Positions 25,001 through 34,135 of a DNA stretch of 64,000 nucleotides are shown here, piece by piece. Within the stretch, counting starts at the first letter, position 1. Each line of letters starts with the position of its first letter. The notes beneath the pieces were generated by a model. That model did no database searches and was not told the DNA's origin. It saw nothing but the letters and a program-made list of their open reading frames with translations. The stretch comes from Macrostomum lignano (taxonomy: Eukaryota). The stretch covers positions 186,001 through 250,000 of the forward strand of contig NIVC01001151.1 of assembly GCA_002269645.1 (NCBI GenBank), read 5' to 3'. A program made the position numbers and the translations under genes.

Positions 25001-27487
25001 CACGATCTCAGCTCACCACCCCTCCGCAGGTGGTGCTGGCGCACGCCACCCACCTGTACCTGGACCACCAGCAGGAGCCGGATCCCGAGGAGCGCGGTCT
25101 CTACTGGGCCACGCGGTTCATCGACCTGCGCAAGGCGTTCTCGTATGACGCGGCCGACATCTACGCCAACATGCGGGAGGACATCATGGGGCAGCCGGTG
25201 AGCGGCCAAGGGACTGGGATTTCGGGACTGGGACTTCAAGACCGGGATTTCGGGACTGGCATTTCAGGACTGGGATTTCGAGACTCACGCCAAGTGCCGC
25301 ACCATCCCAGGTGGACGTGAAGGCCACCTGCTCGCAGCGCGGAGGCTGCGCCAGTCTCCATCAGCCCGGCAACATCATTGGCCTGAGCGGCGCTCTGTGG
25401 GGCGAGACTCTGCAGGCGGAGCAGCTGGCCCTCCCAATGCTGCTGCCGCGGCTGCTGGCTGTGGCCGAGCGGGCCTGGCACCGCGCCAGCTGGGAGGCCG
25501 CCAAGGACCCGCCGGCCCTGAGAGATGCGCTGCTGGCCGCTGACTGGGCCGCCTTCGTTGACGCGGTGAGCAGGCGGGAGCTGTCGCGGCTGTCCCGTCT
25601 GAGGATTCCGTTCAGCCTGCCGCCGCCTGCGGCTCTGCGCAGCCCGGCGTCCGGGAGGGTCCGCCTGAGCCACCAGATGCCGCACAATGTCCGCCTGCTG
25701 TACGCCTTTGCGGGCTCCGGCAGGGGCGAGCATTGGGAGGAGGCGGCGAGGCACGGGGACGAGGTTGCTGTGCCTGATGGAGCAGTGAGGATGCTGCTGA
25801 AGGCTGGGTGAGTGATCAGCTGGTTGCTGTGCCTGATGGAGCAGTGAGGATGCTGCTGAAGGCTGGGTGAGTGATCTGCTGGTTGCTGTGCCTGATGGAG
25901 CGCTGAGGCTGCTGCTGAAGGCTGGGTGAGTGATCTGCTGGTTCCTGTGCCTGATGGAGCAGTGAGGCTGGATGCTGCTGAAGGCTGGGTGAGTGATCTG
26001 CTGGTTCCTGTGCCTGATGGAGCAGTGAGGCTGGATGCTGCTGAAGGCTGGGTGAGTGATCTGCTGGTTGCTGTGTCTGATGGAGCAGTGAGGCTGGATG
26101 CTGCTGAAGGCTGGGTGAGTGATCTGCTGGTTGCTGTGCCTGATGGAGCAGTGAGGATGCTGCTGAAGGCTGGGTGAGTGATCTGCTGGTTGCTATGCCT
26201 GATGGAGCGCTGAGGCTGCTGCTGAAGGCTGGGTGAGTGATCTGCTGGTTCCTGTGCCTGATGGAGCAGTGAGGCTGGATGCTGCTGAAGGCTGGGTGAG
26301 TGATCTGCTGGTTGCTGTGTCTGATGGAGCAGTGAGGCTGGATGCTGCTGAAGTCTGGGTGAGTGATCTGCTGGTTGCTGTGTCTGATGGAGCAGTGAGG
26401 CTGGATGCTGCTGAAGGCTGGGTGAGTGATCTGCTGGTTGCTGTGCCTGATGGAGCGGTGAGGCTGCTGCTGAAGGCTGGGTGAGTGATCTGCTGGTTGC
26501 TGTGTCTGATGGAGCAGTGGGGCTGGGTGAGTGATCTGCTGGTTGCTGTGCCTGATGGAGCAGTGAGGCTGGGTGAGTGATCTGCTGGTTGCTGTGCCTG
26601 ATGGAGCAGTGAGGCTGGGTGAGTGATCTGCTGGTTGCTGTGCCTGATGGAGCAGTGAGGCTGGGTGAGTGATCTGCTGGTTGCTGTGCCTGATGGAGCA
26701 GTGAGGCTGGGTGAGTGATCTGCTGGTTGCTGTGCCTGATGGAGCAGTGAGGCTGGGTGAGTGATCTGCTGGTTGCTGTGCCTGATGGAGCAGTGAGGCT
26801 GGGTGAGTGATCTGCTGGTTGCTGTGCCTGATGGAGCAGTGAGGCTGGGTGAGTGATCTGCTGGTTGCTGTGCCTGATGGAGCAGTGAGGCTGGATGCTG
26901 CTGAAGGCTGGGTGAGTGATCTGCTGGTTGCTGTGTCTGATGGAGCAGTGAGGCTGGATGCTGCTGAAGGCTGGGTGAGTGATCTGCTGGTTGCTGTGCC
27001 TGATGGAGCGCTGAGGCTGCTGCTGAAGGCTGGGTGAGTGATCTGCTGGTTGCTGTGCCTGATAGAGCGGTGATCGATTTCGGTTATCAATTATGGATTT
27101 CGGATATCCATTATCGATTTCGGTCACTAATTATCGATTTTGGTTGACTATTATCGATTTCGGTCATCAATTATTGATTTAGGTTATCAATTATCGATCA
27201 GGATCACTAACGCTCTCTCCCGCTCCCTCCACGCCAGCTTCGGGGACCCCGGCAACCGCCATGAGAGCTACATCGAGAGTCGCACCGTCCAGCTGCCGCT
27301 GACGGCTTCATCAGCCTCCGGCCAGCTTCTCCACGAGCCCGGCCGGCCGCAATCGGCGAATGGCGTCGAAGGGGCGGCCAAGTCGACGGCCCTGCGCTGG
27401 CTGCTGCTGCTGCTGCTGGCAGCGGCTGCTGTGGGCCTCACCTGCCTCGCCTGCTGCTGGGCCAGCCTGCCTCCGAGAGGCTCCTGA
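19020..27487 (+). CDS. Chitobiase-type GH20 beta-N-acetylhexosaminidase; 8 exons: 19020..19131, 20906..21367, 21977..22198, 22750..23551, 24174..24709, 25030..25197, 25311..25807, 27238..27487 (two single-base frameshifts)
   Basis: Motifs WRMYF..HVNGYLHYLEPT, FPNWY, DYPRFEYRGLMLDVARN, KLNKLHLHLSDDEG, IEVIPE|VDMPAH, FGGDE, ERGLYWATR, GALWGE, PRLLAVAERAWH. N-terminal hydrophobic leader and C-terminal hydrophobic tail. With +1 nt at each of two G-runs the exons sum to 3051 nt (1016 aa) and all splice phases agree. Confidence 0.85.
19195..20110. repeat. 53-55-bp minisatellite in hexosaminidase intron 1
   Basis: Unit ACAATAGGCCCCTGTTGTATCTATACTGCATATTGCAGTCAGCT(CT)GTGTGTACT. Confidence 0.9.
20335..20700. 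repeat. 20-bp ATGACTCACTCAATGACCAT array (intron 1)
   Basis: Read directly. Confidence 0.85.
21420..21950. repeat. 46-47-bp minisatellite (intron 2)
   Basis: Unit AGTAGAAATGCAAGACAATAGCATCGTATTTTAATTATCCTACTTAC. Confidence 0.9.
22462..22738 (-). repeat. 21-bp array (CAAGACTCGAACCCCCAACCG), ~13 copies, intron 3
   Basis: Read directly; the minus strand reads GGTTGGGGGTTCGAGTC (tRNA T-arm/B-box-like). Confidence 0.85.
23560..24170. repeat. ATCCC-rich arrays filling intron 4
   Basis: CTGATCCCCATCATTATCCC-type units, then 24-bp CATCCCCATCAATCCCACACCCAG units. Confidence 0.85.
25764..27062 (+). repeat. 46/59/63-bp array made of the exon-7 3' end plus its 5' splice site, ~23 copies
   Basis: Each unit is GTTGCTGTGCCTGATGGAGCAGTGAGG(...)GCTGG|GTGAGTGATCTGCTG; the first unit is coding (VAVPDGAVRMLLKAG). 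Confidence 0.9.
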
Positions 27488-28462
27488 CCTCACCTGACCT
27501 TTGCCTGGCTTTTGTTGGCCTCTGGGGCTCGTCTGTGACCTGGCATGACCTTTGACTGGCGTGACTGACTGACTGATTGGTTGATTGGGCTTGACCTCAT
27601 ATGACCCTTGACTGGCTCATGTTAATTGGGCTTGACCTCATATGACCCTTGACTGGCTCATGTTAATTGGGCTTGATCTCATGACCTTTGACTGGCTCAT
27701 GTTAATTGGGCTTGACCTCATTTGACCTTTGACTCGCTCATGTTGATTCAGCTCTGGAGCTCCCCCTCCACCTCAAATGACCTCTCCCTACCAACAGTAG
27801 TACTTCACATGCGAAGCTCATGATCTGAATTGATCTTGACCTGATTTGACCCTGTCTCTGTCCGACCCCTGACCATCTGTGACCCGCCGCAGCCCCCACA
27901 GTGTATTCGAGACTGCAGCGACATTCCACTGCTTAACTTTGGTTTTTACTCAATATTTCTGCAGAAATGTCGCTTTTGAACCAATGCGACAGGTTTTTAT
28001 CTGTAAAAATTAATTGTGATGCACTTTTTTAGAAATATTTTACTGACCTTATTGATATTATTATTTCAATATTTCAAGCTTCTGTTCAAAGAGCCAGTTA
28101 AAATTATCAATCATATTTATTTCATTCTCTTCGATTGGCTCCATTTCTGCTGAAACAGAAATCATTTCATTCGCTTTTTGTCAGCAATTTCTGCTGTGCA
28201 AAAATTATTTCGGAAGCTAAAATGCGGTACATACTACTGCCTTGTTGTTTTAAATCCGAGTTTCTGACAGTGTTTTTAATTAGTAACTTTTTGTGTGCTT
28301 TTTGTTTAACCTTGCTAATCTCGATAAACAACACCGGAAGATTCAGTGCGCACACATTCAAACAAAATTTTGATTTTTACGAAGTACTTGTAGTTGTAAT
28401 GGATGTCCAAATCCCCAAGGATGTTGAGCTTCTCCATCACACACAAAATATACAGCCTCTCT

Positions 28463-28570
28463 GTTGCTATGGTAACTGAAGCCACAACGAACATAAAATT
28501 TGCTTTTACTGGCTTTGTTAGTCACTTGCTATGGAAGTTACTGATTCAATAGGCTGGTTGCTAAGGTAAC
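28463..28570. promoter_or_regulatory. Cluster of RFX X-box motifs
   Basis: GTTGCTATGGTAAC (28463-28476), degenerate CTTGCTATGGAAGT (28525-28538), GTTGCTAAGGTAAC (28557-28570). Confidence 0.55.
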
Positions 28571-29829
28571 CAATAAAGTGTCTCTGCAGTGCTTCTGGTT
28601 GACTAACTTGAAAGACTTACGACACAAATTTTACCAAAGCTTGCAGTCACACACAAACATGTCGTGCATTGGCGAGATGGGAAGTTTTCAGATTTTTAAC
28701 ACTGAGTGACTGAGTGTCGACTGTCGGGAAATTCTGTCTTAAAATGTTTGTTCTCTGTCGCCCTCGGCTGTTTTTCAGTCCCCTCCCTGAGCCTTGTTTT
28801 GTTTCTCCCTCGCTCTGTACGTACATAGCTAGCGTTCTTCTCTACCCTCAATTATCGATCGGTTAGCACCCCCTCCCCCCAGTCGGCCCTCCTTGGGCTC
28901 TTGCGTGTTGAACCCATTTGATTTCTTATCTCTTCCACTTCCCCTCCCGCCGCCTCTGAAATAAATACAATAATATGCGCTGCACAGAGGTCTGAATCTT
29001 AATTCTGGTCCTTTCCTTTTCTATACTAGCATCTTCAAATCGAGGTAAGATAAGTATCTTAAGATAAGATAAGTATTTAAGATACTTAAGATAAGTAAGA
29101 TTTCACAACAATCGAGATCAACCTCGTTCGCTGCACTATTAAAAAGCTTAGATCGACTAGTTTATCAGCTCATTTTATCTGCATTCGTCTGCTCGTCTTC
29201 GGGGGTCCGCTGAGCTTATTCGCTTCGTCAGCTCTGAGTTTTGGTCATCCATTTTCAGTCTTCTCAGCAGGATATGCGTCTGCTCGGATCTGGTCTCTTC
29301 ATTTGTCTTGTTTCGCTGGATTTCGTGCTGGACGGTCTCTGCTTCTCTTCGTGGTCAAGGCTTCAGACTCCGCGTTCACTCAGGATTCAGCAGGACGGAC
29401 TGGGCAGCAACCTGAAGAAGAAATCGATTCCTCCTAAAGCTAAGTTTTCGTTTGGAGCTGTTTTCATTTTACTGTGCTGTTCAAGTTTCAAATCATTTAT
29501 TGATGCCTTTCTACTCATTGCATGCTAAAACACCCGTATAGATTTTCACTCTGCCATTTTGCTTGCGGGTTCCTCATACAGATAAACTTCCCTTTGCTGT
29601 GCATGGGTCCTATTGCACTCCCCTCTGAACTCTCTATTTCTTGCTGTGTGGTTGCTGCTCGTTGCTGCTCGTTGCTGCTAGGGAATACGAAATCCCGAGT
29701 TTTGCCAATCCCGGGATTGTTGGGATATCCCGGACTTTGCCAATCCCCGGATCCCGGGATTAAAAAAGTTTCCAATCTTTGTTGGTGCAATTTTGGTTTA
29801 CGAAGCAACACCAGCACACAAAAGGCCCG

Positions 29830-32800
29830 ATGGCTGAGGACGCCGAGCTGCAGGCAGCCACCGAGCTGACACGCAGCGGCTGGGACGTCAACGCGACCGA
29901 CTCTGACGGCTGCTCGGCCCTGCACAACGCAGTGCAGCTCGGGAACTGCCGGGCTTCCGAGCGCCTCATCCAAGCAGCTGCTGACGTCGACCTGCAGATC
30001 AGCGCCGGCTCCAGCCCGCTGCACATGGCGGTTCAGCGAGACCATCTCCAGCTGGCGGAGCTGCTGCTGAGGTCGCAGGCCGATCCCAACCTGCTGGCTG
30101 GAGACGGCCAGACGGCCATTCAGATGGCCATCCGAGCTGGCAACGACGACCTGCTGCGGCTGCTGCTGGCGGCCGGTGCTGACGCGAACTGGCCGACCGG
30201 TGAGCCGCCGCTGCTCACCGCCATCTGTCTGGGACGGGCTGAGGCCGCGAGGCTGCTGGTCTCGGCCGGTGCCGACGCGAGCGTCCGAGCCCGGACAGTG
30301 TCCGAGGTCACTGCGCAGGTGCTTCAGACAGAAGAGGCGGAGCAGCTGAAGGAGAGTTTGCCGATGCCTGCGATTCTCGCTGCAGCTAGCCTGGGACAGC
30401 GGGAGATTCTGGTCCACCTGCTGGCATGTGGAGCCGACTGCGACACGAGAGACGGCAAGGGGGCGACCGTTTTGCACCATACGGCTCGCAAGGACGTGGA
30501 GATGCTGGCGATCGCTCTGTCCGTTCAGCAGGAGATCGACTGTCTGAATGACAAAGGCTCATCTGCCCTCCACTTTGCTGAATCGGAAGAAGCAGTAAAT
30601 CAGCTTCTTTTGTTAGGAGCTGACATCGAAAGTAGAAACATCTTCGGCAATTCGCCACTTGTTGTGGATGCCAGCGATGGTTGCCTAAATGTAGTGGCAA
30701 AGCTGATCAACTGTGGAGCAAGCATCGATCTGCAGACCAAGTATGGCTGGTCACCACTGAATGCTGCCGCATTCAATGGCCACTTGGAAGTTGTGGCCAA
30801 GCTGATCGACTGTGGAGCAAGCATCGATCTGCAGAACAATAATGGCTGGTCACCACTGAACAGTGCCGCAGACAAAGGCCACTTGCAATTAGTGGCCAAG
30901 CTGATCGACTGTGGAGCAAGCATCGATCTGCAGAACAATGGGGGCTGGTCACCACTGAACAATGCCGCATATGAAGGCCACTTGGAAGTTGTGGCCAAGC
31001 TGATCGACTGTGGAGCAAGCATCGATCTGCAGCAAAATGATGGCGGGTCACCACTGAATGTTTCCGCACAGAATGGCCACTTGGAAGTAGTGGCCAAGCT
31101 GATCGACTGTGGAGCAAGCATTGATCTGCAGAACAAAAATGGCGACTCACCACTGTACATTTCCGCATTCAATGGTCACTTGCAAGTAGTGGCCAAGCTG
31201 ATCGACTGTGGAGCAAGCATCGATCTGCAGAGCAAGTATGGCTGGTCACCACTGAACATTGCCGCACAGAATGGCCACTTGGAAGTAGTGTCCAAGCTGA
31301 TCGACTGTGGAGCAAGCATCGATCTGCAGCAAAATGATGGCGGGTCACCACTGTACATTGCCGCACAGAATGGCCACTTGGAAGTAGTGTCCAAGCTGAT
31401 CGACTGTGGAGCAAGCATCGATCTGCAGCAAAATGATGGCGTGTCACCACTGAATGTTGCCGCACAGAATGGCCACTTGGAAGTAGTGGCCAAGCTGATC
31501 GACTGTGAAGCAAGCATCAATCTGCAGAAGAAGAATGGCGTGTCACCACTGCTCGTTGCATCCTTTCAAGGTCACTTGGAAGTAGTGTCCAAGCTGATCG
31601 ACTGTGGAGCAAGAATCGATCTGCAGCAAAATGATGCCCGGTCACCACTGTACAGTGCCACATTCAATGGCCACTTGCAAGTTGTGGCCAAGCTGATCGA
31701 CTGTGGAGCAAGAATCGATCTGCAGGACAATGATGGCTGGTCACCACTGTACAGTGCCGCAGAGAAAGACCACTTGCAATTAGTGGCCAAGCTGATCGAC
31801 TGTGGAGCAAGCATCGATCTGCAGAACAAGAATGGCGACTCACCGCTGAATATTGCAGCATTCCAAGGGCACATACAAGTAGTGGCCAAGCTGATCGACT
31901 GTGGAGCAAGCATCAATCTGCAGAACAATAATGGCTGGTCACCACTGAACAGTGCCGCAGACAAAGGCCACTTGCAAGTAGTGGCCAAGCTGATCGACTG
32001 TGGAGCAAGCATCGATCTGCAGCAAAATGATGGCGGGTCACCACTGAATGTTTCCGCACAGAATGGCCACTTGGAAGTAGTGGCCAAGCTGATCGACTGT
32101 GGAGCAAGCATTGATCTGCAGAACAAAAATGGCGACTCACCACTGTACATTTCCGCATTCAATGGTCACTTGCAAGTAGTGGCCAAGCTGATCGACTGTG
32201 GAGCAAGCATCGATCTGCAGAGCAAGTATGGCTGGTCACCACTGAACATTGCCGCACAGAATGGCCACTTGGAAGTAGTGTCCAAGCTGATCGACTGTGG
32301 AGCAAGCATCGATCTGCAGCAAAATGATGGCGGGTCACCACTGTACATTGCCGCACAGAATGGCCACTTGGAAGTAGTGTCCAAGCTGATTGACTGTGGA
32401 GCAAGCATCGATCTGCAGCAAAATGATGGCGTGTCACCACTGAATGTTGCCGCACAGAATGGCCACTTGGAAGTAGTGGCCAAGCTGATCGACTGTGAAG
32501 CAAGCATCAATCTGCAGAAGAAGAATGGCTATTCACCACTGAACATTGCCGCACAGAATGGCCACTTGGAAGTAGTGGCCAAGCTGATCGAATGTGAAGC
32601 GAGTACCGATCTGCAGAACAATGCTGGCTGGTCACCACTTAACAGTGCCGCATTAAATAACCACTTGCTAGTAGTGGCCAAGCTGATCGACTGTGGAGCA
32701 AGCATCGATCTGCAGAACAATAATGGCTGGTCACCACTGAACAGTGCCGCAGACAAAGGCCACTTGCAAGTAGTGGCCAAGCTGATCGACTGTGGAGCAA

Positions 32801-34051
32801 GCATCGATCTGCAGAACAATAATGGCTGGTCACCACTGAACAGTGCCGCAGACAAAGGCCACTTGCAATTAGTGGCCAAGCTGATCGACTGTGGAGCAAG
32901 CATCGATCTGCAGAACAATGATGGCTGGTCACCACTGAATGTTGCCGCACAGAATGGCCACTTGCAAGTAGTGGCCAAGCTGATCGACTGTGGAGCAAGC
33001 ATCGATCTGCAGCAAAATGATGGCTGGTCACCACTGAACATTGCCGCACAGAATGGTCACTTGCAAGTCGTGGCCAAGCTGATCGACTGTGGAGCAAGCA
33101 TCGATCTGCAGAACAAGTATGGCTGGTCACCACTGAACATTGCCGCACAGAATGGCCACTTGCAAGTTGTGGCCAAGCTGATCGACTGTGGAGCAAGCAT
33201 CGATCTACAGAACAATGAAGGCTGGTCACCACTGTACAGTGCCGTAGTAAGAGGTCACTTGCAAGTTGTGGCCAAGCTGATCGACTGTGGAGCAAGCATC
33301 GATCTGCAGAACAATAATGGCAACTCACCACTTAATGCGGCGGCCCAGAAGGGACATTTTGATGTTGCCAATAAGCTTATTTGCTGTGGAGCAAATATGC
33401 ATTTGCAGGATAATTTTGGATTCGCACCACTACACAATGCGGTGCAAGAAGGACACTTGAAAGTGGTGACCATTTTAGTTGAAAGTGGTGCAGGCATTGG
33501 TCTGGAAATTGACAGTTCTGGCGAGTTCATGCCCGAGTCTAAGAATGATTTGTGTTTTCCTGATGCTTCAGCTGAAGCAGCTCTCTCGGTGAACAATCCA
33601 GTGCACCTCGCCGCGGAATTCGACCATCCTGATGTTCTCCAATGTTTAATTAATAATTATAAGAACGTGAATAAACTAAGTCGTGTGACCCCACTGCATG
33701 TTTCTTGCCTGTGCAATCTTGCTTATATTGCGAAGCAGCTGTTGCGTTCCAGAGCTGATGCAGAACTCCGTGATGAAGATGGCTTAACAGCGGCAGACAT
33801 TGCTGCAATTCGTGGCTCACCTGAGCTTTATTCGGTATTTTGCGACTTATCAAATGATGAGAAACCGTCTGAACCTGTATCATTGCTGAATGTGGCTTCT
33901 CAGCAGTTACTGACGCACATTCACCTGGTTTGCTGCTTTGGAAATGCAGAGTTCGTGCAAGGCCTCTGCAGCAAAATGGTCGGAATTCGCGATCCAATTC
34001 GCGTGCCTGTTTTAGACTTCAAGTAAGTTTAGTAACCTACTCCAAACTTAG

Positions 34052-34135
<84 letters not shown>

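Noticed and set aside
25361-27127. 588-aa and 424-aa minus-strand ORFs
   Set aside because: Antisense readings of the donor-site array and hexosaminidase exon 7.
29679-29762. ATCCCGGGAT-rich segment resembling a hAT MITE end, upstream of the ANK-cGLR
   Set aside because: Only short internal palindromes; no paired TIR or TSD.
30646-33417. CRISPR-like alternation of constant and variable blocks
   Set aside because: In-frame ankyrin coding units in a eukaryotic gene. No array in the window has unique spacers, and there are no cas genes.
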